From: Desulfobacteraceae bacterium
GTDB lineage: Bacteria; Desulfobacterota; Desulfobacteria; Desulfobacterales; UBA5616
Reading direction: 5' to 3'
NCBI GenBank assembly: GCA_030620375.1
Contig: JAUXEW010000001.1
Coordinates: 1 to 42,805, forward strand
DNA: 42,805 nucleotides
The translations under genes and the position numbers were made by a program. Positions 7,973 through 17,365 of the stretch are shown here, piece by piece (position 1 is the stretch's first letter; each line of letters starts with the position of its first letter). A model generated the notes under the pieces. It was not told the origin of the DNA and did not search any database. It worked only from the letters and a program-made list of their open reading frames with translations.

Positions 7973-8845
7973 TTAGTCAGATGAATTTTTTATGGCATCG
8001 ACGATCTTTAAAGTCGCACAAGTGTTGGCAACGTTGTGAACCCTGACGATATGTGCCCCATTTAATACGGCCGCTGTCACTGCGGCCTGGGTGCCGGTTT
8101 CAACGTTCGGTTGTTTGGGATCAATATCTTTTTCAGTTTTATCCTTCAAAAGATTTCGGATAAACGCCTTCCTTGACGGTCCGACGAGGATCGGCGTGTC
8201 TAGAGATCGGAACTCATGCAAGTTATTTAATAAGGTAAGATTCTGCTGAAGCGTTTTCCCAAAGCCGATTCCCGGATCAATAATGAGATGGGATCGTCCA
8301 ATCCCCTTTCTTTCAGCATCATTTACGGCATCACTTAAAAATTGCCGGATTTCGGCAATGAGATTATCGTACATCGGGTCAACCTGCATGTTTTTCGGTG
8401 TACCTTTCATGTGCATTAATATCACCGGCACCTGATATTCAGCCGCCACTTCAGCCATAGCGGGATCAAACTGTAGCGCACTTATATCATTTATAATTGA
8501 AGCTCCGGCCTCGATAGCCTGTTGGGCCACTGTCGCGTTTGTTGTGTCAATGGAAATGGGTATGGGTATTTTTTTGGCAAGCGCATCAATCACCGGTACC
8601 ACCCGGCGAATTTCTTCTTCAACACCGACCTTTTCCGAAAAAGGGCGGGTGGATTCACCACCGATATCCACAATATCCGCCCCTTCTTCATAGAATTTAA
8701 TACCGTGATTCAGCGCAGCTTCAAATCTATAAAAATCCCCGCCATTTGAGAATGAATCCGGGGTTACATTAATGATGCCCATGATTTTTGTCCGGCCCCC
8801 AAGCTCAATAGACTTAGAGCCGCATGGCAGATGATATCGCTTCAT
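7973..8845 (-). CDS. folP: dihydropteroate synthase
   Basis: GIINVTPDSFSNGG, DIGGESTRP and GFGK motifs. 290 aa. Confidence 0.9.
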   Translation of the reverse strand: MKRYHLPCGSKSIELGGRTKIMGIINVTPDSFSNGGDFYRFEAALNHGIKFYEEGADIVDIGGESTRPFSEKVGVEEEIRRVVPVIDALAKKIPIPISIDTTNATVAQQAIEAGASIINDISALQFDPAMAEVAAEYQVPVILMHMKGTPKNMQVDPMYDNLIAEIRQFLSDAVNDAERKGIGRSHLIIDPGIGFGKTLQQNLTLLNNLHEFRSLDTPILVGPSRKAFIRNLLKDKTEKDIDPKQPNVETGTQAAVTAAVLNGAHIVRVHNVANTCATLKIVDAIKNSSD

Positions 8846-8853
8846 GTGTTTTA

Positions 8854-10728
8854 TCAGGTTGGCGGTTGTTCGGGTGAGGATTCTCTTTCATCGGAAGCTT
8901 CTTTACCGTCATCGATACGATTTGAAAGGAGCTTTATCCCCGGCCGCATGGAATAAATCAGCCCATCCAACTCCGCCCCCGTAACGGTTTCTTTTTCCAG
9001 AAGCAATTCCGCCAATTTATGCAATATGTCGATATTTTCGCCGAGAAGCTTTTCCGCCCGCTTATAACTTTTTTCAATCAATCGATTAATTTCCCGGTCA
9101 ATTTTTTGGGCCGTATCTTCAGAATAGTCTCTATGCTGGGAAATCTCTCGCCCGAGAAAAATCTGTTCTTCATGCTGCTCATATGACACAGGCCCGAGCA
9201 CCTCGCTCATCCCCCAAGAGCGGACCATCTTTTGGGCTAGCTCCGTCGCTCGCTTGATATCGTTTGAAGCTCCGGTACTGGTACGCTCAAAAACCAGCTC
9301 CTCGGCAACACGGCCGCCAAAGGCAATTGCCAATTCATTCTCCAACTGGTCGTTATACTTAAAATCTCTTTCCTCAGGCAAAAACCAGGTCATGCCCGCA
9401 GCCATCCCCCTGGGAATAATAGTGATCTTATTCACGGCATCCGTGTTTGGCAAAAACCGCGCCACCAATGCGTGGCCGCCTTCGTGATAGGCCGTCGTCT
9501 TCTTGTCCTCCTCTCTCATGACTTTGGATTTGCGCTCCAACCCCATATATACCTTATCCTTGGCCTCTTCAAAGTCTAACATGTCAACTTTTTCTTTATT
9601 TCGCTTTGCCCCCAGAAGGGCGGCTTCGTTTACAAGATTTTCAAGATCAGCGCCTGAAAACCCGGGTGTTCCTTTTGCCAATACATGAGGATTGACATCT
9701 TCTGCTACCGGTGTTTTTCGCATATGAACTTTTAGTATCTTTTCCCGACCCAGGATATCCGGAAGCGGAACAACGACTTGACGGTCAAACCGTCCGGGTC
9801 TGAGAAGTGCAGGGTCCAAGACATCCGGCCGGTTAGTGGCCGATAATAGAATAACCCCTTCGTTCGACTCAAATCCGTCCATCTCGACAAGAAGCTGGTT
9901 TAAGGTCTGTTCCCTCTCGTCATGACCACCACCGATACCTGCCCCGCGATGTCTTCCCACCGCATCGAGTTCATCTATAAAGATAATACAGGGCGCGTGC
10001 TTTTTCCCCTGCACGAAAAGATCTCTGACCCGGGACGCGCCGACGCCCACAAACATTTCTACAAAATCAGATCCGCTGATGCTAAAAAACGGTACATCCG
10101 CTTCACCTGCAATCGCCCTTGCAAGTAACGTTTTTCCTGAACCCGGTGGTCCCATCAACAGAACCCCTTTTGGAATTCGTCCGCCCAAACGGGTAAATTT
10201 TTTCGGTTCTTTAAGAAATTCAACGATTTCTCCCAATTCTTCTTTGGCTTCATCAATACCGGCGACATCTTTAAAAGTTACTTTTTCCTGCTGGTCTGAA
10301 AGAAGCCGGGCTCTGCTCTTCCCGAATGACAATGCTTTGCCGCCTCCGGATTGCATTTGGCGCATAAAGAATATCCATACTCCGATCAATACAATCATGG
10401 GGAACCATGATATGAGAACGGACATATACCAGGGGGATTCAGTCGGCGGTTTTGCTGAAATGCTGACACCTTTTTCTCTGAGAATCTTAATAAGGTCAGC
10501 ATCGGCGGGGGCATAGACTTTGAAATGATTTCGATTGATGTCGGTAATATAGAGCTCTTGACCTTCTATAACCACTTCCGCAACCGCTTCATTTTCAACC
10601 ATCGTAAGAAATTCCGTGTAGCTAATGTTGGACTCCGCCAAACGTTGCTGGTTGAAAAGATTATACAGCATGACCATCATCAGGATAATGACCAGCCATA
10701 AAGCCATATTTTTATAAAAAGGATTCAA
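8854..10728 (-). CDS. ftsH: ATP-dependent zinc metalloprotease FtsH
   Basis: Walker A GPPGSGKT, the second region of homology, and the HEGGHA zinc site. 624 aa with a TTG start and AGGAGG upstream. Confidence 0.95.
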   Translation of the reverse strand: MNPFYKNMALWLVIILMMVMLYNLFNQQRLAESNISYTEFLTMVENEAVAEVVIEGQELYITDINRNHFKVYAPADADLIKILREKGVSISAKPPTESPWYMSVLISWFPMIVLIGVWIFFMRQMQSGGGKALSFGKSRARLLSDQQEKVTFKDVAGIDEAKEELGEIVEFLKEPKKFTRLGGRIPKGVLLMGPPGSGKTLLARAIAGEADVPFFSISGSDFVEMFVGVGASRVRDLFVQGKKHAPCIIFIDELDAVGRHRGAGIGGGHDEREQTLNQLLVEMDGFESNEGVILLSATNRPDVLDPALLRPGRFDRQVVVPLPDILGREKILKVHMRKTPVAEDVNPHVLAKGTPGFSGADLENLVNEAALLGAKRNKEKVDMLDFEEAKDKVYMGLERKSKVMREEDKKTTAYHEGGHALVARFLPNTDAVNKITIIPRGMAAGMTWFLPEERDFKYNDQLENELAIAFGGRVAEELVFERTSTGASNDIKRATELAQKMVRSWGMSEVLGPVSYEQHEEQIFLGREISQHRDYSEDTAQKIDREINRLIEKSYKRAEKLLGENIDILHKLAELLLEKETVTGAELDGLIYSMRPGIKLLSNRIDDGKEASDERESSPEQPPT

Positions 10729-10806
10729 AAAAAATACCTCCTAATCAAACAACCATCCGCATAGCGGATGGTATAATTTTCTCCGCATAATTTAAGTAGT
10801 GCCTGA

Positions 10807-10897
10807 GTAAACTACCACCCGCAAAGCGGGAAAAAACGGGGCACGCCAGTGCCTCAAAGTTTCAGTTTTATCCCGGTGCAAAGCACCGGGTTTTTTT
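10807..10897 (-). repeat. family E double-hairpin element, copy 1 (tilS-ftsH intergenic, about 80 nt 5' of the ftsH start)
   Basis: Read in the sense of the downstream gene: A7-CCCGGTGCTTTGCACCGGG-ATAAAACTGAAACTTTG-AGGCACTGGCGTGCCCC-GTTTTTT-CCCGCTTTGCGGG-TGGTAGTTTAC. The other copies are at 24111-24202, 28202-28325 and 38002-38085. Confidence 0.8.
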
Positions 10898-10977
10898 AAA
10901 ACAAATAAAAACGGCCAATTCCCCCAGTTACCGGATGGACACTACCTCGTCTTCGTTCGGACACGAATATGTGTAAG

Positions 10978-12453
10978 CTAATCATCCTCACGTTTCAAGC
11001 AAGGGCGAATCTCAGCCTTGAGCACTTTTTGGGTTGACGATGTCACCTTGACGGACTCATCAATCCGGTGGCCCACAACCCACAAAATTTTTTCTTTATC
11101 CATTAAAACAGGGCAGTTATATCGTTCATCCCTTGGCATTTTACGATTCATCAGGAATTTTTTCACTGTCTGTGTCCCGGTCATTCCAAGGGGTGAAAAC
11201 CGGTCGCCTCTTCGAAAATTCCTTAATATCAGGGGATACTTGACTTTTTTTATATCAAAAAAGGCAACCCGTTGTCCAGCAAAACAAATGTCTTGAATTT
11301 TTTTAATATCTATCTCTGAAAAAGATACGGCTGCGTTGATCTCTAAAACATTAACCGTCTCCGGCTTTACGACCTCATAGGAAAAATCATGGGGTTCAAT
11401 CGGAAGGAAGCCAGTCTTTATCATCCGCAGTGATCGGTTTTCCTTTGAAAATACCATGCGATCTGCATTCCGTCTAACCAGTATACGGTCCGGCAGGTCC
11501 AATCGCCCCCAACCAGGGCCACTTTCCATCAGCCGGATAATCATATCCACATGATTAAAGGTGATCCGTTTCAAATTCCCCTTCACTCTTTCGATGGCCA
11601 TTCTGACAATTCGCCGTTTAGCGGCAGGATGGTTGCATTTTAAATGCGGAATAAACAAGGTTAATTCCATATCCCCGGACTTTAATACGGATGAGCCATA
11701 TAGGGGATTGATAAATTGTTTAACCCAGTTCTCCTCTGATCGAATAATACCGGCAAGCCGATTCAGCGATTCGGAAATTTTAGGATTGTATTGATCCTTT
11801 AACAAAGGAATCAATTGGTGCCGAATTCTGTTTCTTAGATATCTTATGTCCTGATTTGTCCTATCGATTACGAATTTTAATTGACTGGCATTTAAATACT
11901 CCTTGATTTCGGATTTGGTTAACCGGATTAATGGTCGGACAATCTTGTTATCCCTAATCGGCGGAATCCCGGAAAGCCCCAAAGGGCCGCTGCCACGGAA
12001 TAAGGCCATTAAAATCATTTCCGTGTTATCATCCAAATGATGCCCCAGGGCAATTTTATTAAACTGGTAAATTTTAGAGAGCCGGTGAAAAAAATCATAG
12101 CGAACCCGTCTGGCTGCCTGCTCCAGGGAAAGTTTATGGTTCCGCCGATACCTTTGAACATCCGCCGCTTCTATATAACAAGGAATATTGAGGTGCTTTG
12201 CAAAAGATAAAACAAAAGCCGCATCCTTATCCGAATCTTTCCCCCGGATACCGTGGTTTAAGTGGGCGATACCCAGCCTGAACGAGAACTTCGGTGATAT
12301 TTTGCTTAGGACATGAAGAAGCGCAATAGAATCCGGCCCACCGGAAACACCAACAAGAACGTTATCTCCCTCTTGAAGCATGCTGTATTCTTTAATGGTT
12401 TGCTCTACGGTTTTTAACACATATGCTTCAATTCTCTTCCCCTGATTGTCCAT
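10978..12453 (-). CDS. tilS: tRNA(Ile)-lysidine synthetase
   Basis: PP-loop VGVSGGPDS and a TilS C-terminal domain. The start is trimmed to the ATG at 12453 (MDNQGKRIE...), because the track extension runs into repeat A3. Confidence 0.85.
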   Translation of the reverse strand: MDNQGKRIEAYVLKTVEQTIKEYSMLQEGDNVLVGVSGGPDSIALLHVLSKISPKFSFRLGIAHLNHGIRGKDSDKDAAFVLSFAKHLNIPCYIEAADVQRYRRNHKLSLEQAARRVRYDFFHRLSKIYQFNKIALGHHLDDNTEMILMALFRGSGPLGLSGIPPIRDNKIVRPLIRLTKSEIKEYLNASQLKFVIDRTNQDIRYLRNRIRHQLIPLLKDQYNPKISESLNRLAGIIRSEENWVKQFINPLYGSSVLKSGDMELTLFIPHLKCNHPAAKRRIVRMAIERVKGNLKRITFNHVDMIIRLMESGPGWGRLDLPDRILVRRNADRMVFSKENRSLRMIKTGFLPIEPHDFSYEVVKPETVNVLEINAAVSFSEIDIKKIQDICFAGQRVAFFDIKKVKYPLILRNFRRGDRFSPLGMTGTQTVKKFLMNRKMPRDERYNCPVLMDKEKILWVVGHRIDESVKVTSSTQKVLKAEIRPCLKREDD

Positions 12454-12497
12454 CAGTGGTTCCACCAAAAACCGGTTTAATTTTTGTTTTTTTAAAG

Positions 12498-12617
12498 CTC
12501 CCTGCAGCAAGCCGCAGGGAATTTTACGCCGTCAGGAATATTAACCCGTATTAGATTCGCCCGTAACCCCGCAGTCCCGCAGAGCGGGAGCAAATGTGCT
12601 CGATATTGCGGTTTAAA
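12498..12617 (+). repeat. family A repeat, diverged copy 3
   Basis: GCTCCCTGCAGCAAGCCGCAGGGAAT ... TAACCCCGCAGTCCCGCAGAGCGGGAGCAAATGTGCTCGATATTGCGGTTTAAA has the same architecture as 6801-6920. Confidence 0.6.
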
Positions 12618-12757
12618 AATTGTAATTGGATAGACAACCTATGACAAGCATTCGTCAGATGTCAACCAAAAACACTGAATGTTGGGTATGTTACAAAGGT
12701 ACCATGCCGAGTAAAAAAAGATTTAGCATGATAAATCGGGTGGTGTGCATTTTATCC

Positions 12758-12785
12758 TTGATATATTGGCTATCTAAATTATATT
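12758..12785 (+). promoter_or_regulatory. candidate sigma-70 promoter for the SRP RNA (TTGATA-16 nt-TATATT)
   Basis: The hexamers were read directly. The predicted TSS is near 12792-12795. Confidence 0.4.
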
Positions 12786-12794
12786 AACGAGTGG

Positions 12795-13012
12795 TTGTGC
12801 TAGGCGGGGAGCTAGCGGTGCCCTATACCCGAAATCCGCTTTATGCGGGGCTGAATTCCCTCTAAAGGGTTTAAACTGAAGGCAGGCCATTCTGACCGGC
12901 CGCTGCGCAACAAACGGTCACGAACCTCGTCAGGTCCGGAAGGAAGCAGCGATAAGTGATTTAGTTTGTGTCGTGGACCGTTCCCGGTCATGTTCATGGC
13001 TTGTTTTTCAGA
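12795..13012 (+). ncRNA. ffs: signal recognition particle RNA; the core S-domain helix is certain, the 5' boundary uncertain (possible Alu-like 5' domain)
   Basis: The universally conserved GTCAGGTCCGGAAGGAAGCAGC motif is at 12929-12950. Long helix 5 pairs CTGAA-GG-CAGGCCAT-TC-TGACCGG (12876-12898) with CCGGTCA-TGTTC-ATGGCTTG-TTT-TTCAG (12984-13011). The 5' region carries GGTGCC and GAAATCC loop-like motifs. Confidence 0.85.
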
Positions 13013-13179
13013 AAAAGATTCGATAGAGGGTGCACAACCTGTTCCAATAGCCTCCCTTGAATGATCCAATATCCGCGACCTTTCTAACAGGTTTTTTCTT
13101 GTAAAATCTCATAATTACTGCCTTGACAATGGCTTATCCAGTATTATGTTTCAAAAAGCGCGATGCTTTGGTCACAATA

Positions 13180-13298
13180 TTGAAGCCACCCCATAGCAAG
13201 CTACGGGGAATCTTCCAAGTAAGGATTTTAGACTATTTTTATTTCGCTCGCTAAACCCGTAGCAAGCTACGGGGAATGCGCTCGCATTGCTTGTTCAA
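13180..13298 (+). repeat. family A repeat, copy 2 (near-identical to 6801-6920), upstream of grpE
   Basis: Direct comparison shows only a handful of mismatches over about 120 bp. Confidence 0.85.
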
Positions 13299-13333
13299 GT
13301 CGCTAAGAATGAACGAGGAGATTACAGCTGAAA

Positions 13334-13936
13334 ATGACTAAAGAAAAGAAAAAAATGGGTATTAAAAACAAAGATGCGGTTGAAAATGAAGCTTTCTCTG
13401 CCGGTGACGATGCCCCTCAAGGTAAAAGCTCACCGGATATAGATAAGATGATCAACAATCTGAAAGCAGATCTCGAAAGCGCCCAAGAAGAAGCAAAACA
13501 AACATATGATCGGTTTTTGAGGGTTTCAGCCGAGTTTGAAAATTACAAAAAACGCTCAGCGCGTGAAACGGATGAATTTAAAAAATATGCGAATGAATCT
13601 TTGATAAATGCGCTTCTCCCGGTGATAGACAACCTTGAACGGGCCGTGAACTCATCTAAAGAAAACAATTGTGATAATGATTCATTGGTGGATGGCGTTG
13701 TTTTAATATTAAACGAGATCATTAAGGTTTTGGAAAAATCCAATGTTAAACCGATTGAATCTTTGGGAAAGGCTTTTGACCCTAATTTTCATCAGGCGAT
13801 GATGCAGAAGGAGTCTGATGAACACCCGGACAACACGGTTTTACAGGAGTTACAGAAAGGATACCTGATCCATAATAGGTTACTCAGACCTGCAATGGTT
13901 GTTGTTTCTAAACACAAAAACAAGGACAGAAACTGA
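13334..13936 (+). CDS. grpE: nucleotide exchange factor GrpE
   Basis: RVSAEFENYKKR... and a C-terminal beta domain. It lies directly upstream of dnaK. Confidence 0.9.
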   Translation: MTKEKKKMGIKNKDAVENEAFSAGDDAPQGKSSPDIDKMINNLKADLESAQEEAKQTYDRFLRVSAEFENYKKRSARETDEFKKYANESLINALLPVIDNLERAVNSSKENNCDNDSLVDGVVLILNEIIKVLEKSNVKPIESLGKAFDPNFHQAMMQKESDEHPDNTVLQELQKGYLIHNRLLRPAMVVVSKHKNKDRN

Positions 13937-13995
13937 TACATCCGAAAAAAGTAAGATTTATTTAAATAATCAGGTGATATTTTAAGGAGGAGAAA

Positions 13996-15918
13996 ATGGG
14001 CAAGATAATAGGAATTGACCTTGGTACGACGAACTCATGTGTGGCTATCATAGAAGGAGGCGATCCAAACGTAATTACCAATCCGGAAGGCGGCCGTACA
14101 ACTCCCTCAATCGTTTCGATATCAGATAACGATGAGAGGCTGGTCGGTCAAATCGCAAAACGACAGGCCATCACCAATCCTGAAAATACGATCTTCGGAG
14201 TAAAACGGCTGATCGGAAGAAAATATGCCTCTCCTGAAGTGCAGAATGATATCAAGATTCTCCCATACAAAATCGAACAAGCTGAAAATGGGGATACCCG
14301 AATAAAAATGCGGGACAAATACTACAGTCCTGCAGAGATTTCATCTTTTATTCTGGCGAATATAAAAAAGACGGCAGAGGAATACCTCGGGGAAAAAATT
14401 ACCGACGCCGTCATCACGGTACCGGCATATTTCAATGACAGCCAGCGGCAAGCCACTAAAGATGCCGGAAAAATTGCCGGACTAAATGTCTTAAGGATTA
14501 TCAATGAGCCCACCGCCGCTTCACTGGCCTATGGACTGGATAAAAAGGGTGAGGAGAAAATTGCTGTTTTTGACCTTGGTGGAGGGACCTTTGATATATC
14601 CATTCTTGAAATCGGTGAGGGTGTTTTTGAAGTCAAGGCAACCCACGGAGACACCCATCTGGGTGGTGAAGACTTCGATCTCAGACTCATCGAATATCTT
14701 GCTGATGAATTCAGAAAAGACCAAGGAATTGATTTAAGAAGTGATAAGATGGCGTTGCAGCGACTCAAAGAGGCCGCTGAAAAGGCGAAGATGGAGCTGT
14801 CGAGCTCCATGGAAACGGATGTGAACCTCCCGTTCATTACGGCAGACGCTAGTGGCCCCAAGCATTTGAATATCAAAATCACCAGGGCAAAGCTGGAGAC
14901 CCTCATAGGCGACCTGCTGGACAAACTGGAACAACCTTGCCGAATTGCACTTAAAGATTCGGGCTTAAGTCCCAGTGATATTAATGAAGTTATACTGGTT
15001 GGTGGAATGACCCGTATGCCGGCTGTGCAAGAACGGGTTAAAAATATTTTCCAAAAAGAACTGCACAAAGGCGTGAATCCGGATGAGGTCGTGGCGATGG
15101 GAGCTGCCATTCAGGGTGGCGTTCTAAGAGGAGATGTAAAAGACGTATTACTCTTAGATATTACTCCGCTTTCCTTGGGAATCGAAACTTTAGGCGGCGT
15201 CATGACGAAGCTGATCGATAAAAACACCACTATACCGACGAAAAAGAGTCAGACATTTTCGACGGCGGCAGACAATCAGCCGGCGGTTTCCATTCATGTT
15301 TTGCAGGGTGAAAGAGAGATCGCGGCAAATAACAAGACATTGGGCCGTTTTGAGCTGGTAGGCATCCCTCCCGCATCCCGGGGCATACCGCAAATTGAGG
15401 TTGCCTTTGACATCGACGCCAATGGAATCGTTAACGTGTCGGCTAAAGACATGGCCACGAATAAAGAACAGTCCATTCAGATTACGGCTTCCAGTGGATT
15501 GTCTCAGGAAGAAATTGATAAGCTGATCAAAGAAGCCGAACTCCACGCAGACGATGATAAAATAAAAAAAGCGCTGGTTGAAGCCCGCAACGCTGCTGAT
15601 GCATTGATCTATTCAACAGAAAAATCGGTAAAGGACCTTGGCGATAAAGTAGACGATGCAACCACGTCACAGATTGAGAGTTCGGTTGCCGATCTTAAAA
15701 AAGCCATGGAAGGTAGCAACACGGAAGAAATCAAGCAGCTAAGCGAGGCCTTATCCCAGGCTTCCCATAAGCTGGCGGAAGCCATGTATAAGGAAGCATC
15801 CCAGCAAGGACAAGAACAAGCCGGAGCAAATGCTGAACACATGGGCCAGCAAGCCGCTTCATCCCCTGAAGATGATGTTGTGGACGCTGATTTTGAAGAA
15901 GTAAAAGACGATAAATAA
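13996..15918 (+). CDS. dnaK: molecular chaperone DnaK (Hsp70)
   Basis: [20 protein letters not shown] and [10 protein letters not shown] signatures. 640 aa with AGGAGG upstream. Confidence 0.97.
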   Translation: MGKIIGIDLGTTNSCVAIIEGGDPNVITNPEGGRTTPSIVSISDNDERLVGQIAKRQAITNPENTIFGVKRLIGRKYASPEVQNDIKILPYKIEQAENGDTRIKMRDKYYSPAEISSFILANIKKTAEEYLGEKITDAVITVPAYFNDSQRQATKDAGKIAGLNVLRIINEPTAASLAYGLDKKGEEKIAVFDLGGGTFDISILEIGEGVFEVKATHGDTHLGGEDFDLRLIEYLADEFRKDQGIDLRSDKMALQRLKEAAEKAKMELSSSMETDVNLPFITADASGPKHLNIKITRAKLETLIGDLLDKLEQPCRIALKDSGLSPSDINEVILVGGMTRMPAVQERVKNIFQKELHKGVNPDEVVAMGAAIQGGVLRGDVKDVLLLDITPLSLGIETLGGVMTKLIDKNTTIPTKKSQTFSTAADNQPAVSIHVLQGEREIAANNKTLGRFELVGIPPASRGIPQIEVAFDIDANGIVNVSAKDMATNKEQSIQITASSGLSQEEIDKLIKEAELHADDDKIKKALVEARNAADALIYSTEKSVKDLGDKVDDATTSQIESSVADLKKAMEGSNTEEIKQLSEALSQASHKLAEAMYKEASQQGQEQAGANAEHMGQQAASSPEDDVVDADFEEVKDDK

Positions 15919-15950
15919 TTAACTGAATATCCGCAGCAGTAGCCCCGGAG

Positions 15951-15988
15951 CGAGACCTTTAAAAAATGTTCATTTTTCAAAGGTCTCT
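15951..15988. terminator. 17-bp hairpin (family B motif) between convergent dnaK and the DUF362 gene; candidate bidirectional terminator
   Basis: GAGACCTTTAAAAAATG-TTC-CATTTTTCAAAGGTCTC with one mismatch. There is no flanking T-tract outside the stem. Confidence 0.5.
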
Positions 15989-16018
15989 CGGTTCATCGGC
16001 TTTTCCGGCCTGTCCGCG

Positions 16019-17347
16019 TTAGGTTATTTTGAAAAAAGACTCGTCAAATTCTTCCGGTTTTTTTTCATATCGCCGGTTTAGGATAGGAACAATCGTATTG
16101 TCGTAAATCTCAAAAAGATCCGGACTTATGGGTATGCCGGCCTTGTGGAATACCTTGACAATTCCCTTCGGTGAGGGAGGGCATCCTTTCACGGCAAACA
16201 TCTCATTGATGTCCGGATTGTCCTTGTTTGCCTCATAAATGCATTTCCCTAGCAAAATCGTCTTCTTTTTCCCCGGCGTCGGCTTCATTGTCTTTCCCGT
16301 AAGTACTTCAACATCATCCCAGGGATTTCCATCCCAGGCAGAAACTAATGCGGTTAATATCGGACTGGTGAATCCGGTACAATAGGTGCACATGGTAGTA
16401 TCGGGTTTTGGGAAAGAAATGCCTTTAACTCCGTATTTCGCTAAATAGACAGGCATCTCACCGCCGTCAGCATATTTAAAATCGACTTCATGAGAAGCAG
16501 AAACCTGATTTAAAGGTTCCCCGACAAGCTCTATATCCGAAAGATCAACAGCACGGCTTCGGCTTTTAGCTGCATGAACCAAGTGCGGTACGTCGGACGC
16601 CTCGAAGCCCAAAACTCTCGCGCCTGCCAGATCCGCGGATAGAACGTCCGAGGAAGCAATCAAAATATTACTTCTTCGAGCACGTCCGTCATAGCCGGGA
16701 CCTAATTCAAGGCTGAATATCCCGTCAATGAGCGTAAACATCGGCGGCATGCGGTTCGCAAGCTTTGCCACCATGAAATCAAGGTCTTTCTGGTTATCGG
16801 GACTGTGGCTCTTTTTTCTGGATTCGATATCAATGGTTCCCTTAAGATTCTTTATCCCCAGGCTGACGATTGTTTGGCCATGCGTTTTTAGTGCCGGCAG
16901 GTTCACGACAAAATCACTGTTCACGATATCGGTGTTAAAGTTCAGTGTCACATCATCACCGAGGTCCACCTTCTCGAAAGGCCGGTTAAAAATATTTAGA
17001 ATTTTTATTCCGTAGCGTTTTTTAAGTGCGTTGTAACCCAGCGTTTCAAATGCGTGCGCCTGGAGACCCTTTACTTTTGGCTTTGTAATGACGGTACCTT
17101 CTCCAATAGTGATGTCGTCGATCCCATGTTCTTTCAGGAGAACGACCATATCCTCAATGACACGCGATGTGGTGATTGAACCATATTTTGGAATAGCATA
17201 ATCTTTATTCCAAAATACAATATTCGGTTTAATGAAAACCTTGGTTTGGGGCCTAAAATGATCCAGACCTCGTGAAAGCTCAACTGCCTTCCGTACCGAT
17301 TCAATAGGGTCGCTATATTTCACAATCGCCACAAGAAATTTTTTCAT
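16019..17347 (-). CDS. DUF362 domain-containing protein with a C-terminal Cys cluster
   Basis: The N-terminus (VAIVKYSDPIESVRKAVELSRGL...KVFIKPNIV) is the typical DUF362 opening. The C-terminus has CTYC...C...C. Confidence 0.65.
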   Translation of the reverse strand: MKKFLVAIVKYSDPIESVRKAVELSRGLDHFRPQTKVFIKPNIVFWNKDYAIPKYGSITTSRVIEDMVVLLKEHGIDDITIGEGTVITKPKVKGLQAHAFETLGYNALKKRYGIKILNIFNRPFEKVDLGDDVTLNFNTDIVNSDFVVNLPALKTHGQTIVSLGIKNLKGTIDIESRKKSHSPDNQKDLDFMVAKLANRMPPMFTLIDGIFSLELGPGYDGRARRSNILIASSDVLSADLAGARVLGFEASDVPHLVHAAKSRSRAVDLSDIELVGEPLNQVSASHEVDFKYADGGEMPVYLAKYGVKGISFPKPDTTMCTYCTGFTSPILTALVSAWDGNPWDDVEVLTGKTMKPTPGKKKTILLGKCIYEANKDNPDINEMFAVKGCPPSPKGIVKVFHKAGIPISPDLFEIYDNTIVPILNRRYEKKPEEFDESFFKIT

Positions 17348-17365
17348 ACTTTTTTTTCCTCCTGG

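Noticed and set aside
10838-10860. Sigma-54 (-24/-12) promoter reading of the GGCAC-TGGCG-TGC core of family E
   Set aside because: In copies 1, 2 and 4 the GG and GC dinucleotides are separated by 9 nt, not the required 10. Only the diverged copy 3 (GGGTCACTCAATTGCG) fits the GG-N10-GC spacing, and its -24 box is poor. The palindromic hairpin explains the sequence better.
12812-13069. 85-aa minus-strand ORF from the track
   Set aside because: It lies entirely over the SRP RNA gene (conserved GGTCCGGAAGGAAGCAGC motif and helix 5 on the plus strand). It has no SD and its composition is not protein-like.
13070-13333. CIRCE/HrcA operator or sigma-32 promoter upstream of grpE-dnaK
   Set aside because: No TTAGCACTC-N9-GAGTGCTAA inverted repeat and no CTTGAAA/CCCCAT pair are present. 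The CCACCCCAT match belongs to the family A repeat. Only a sigma-70-like TTGACA box was seen (13125-13130).
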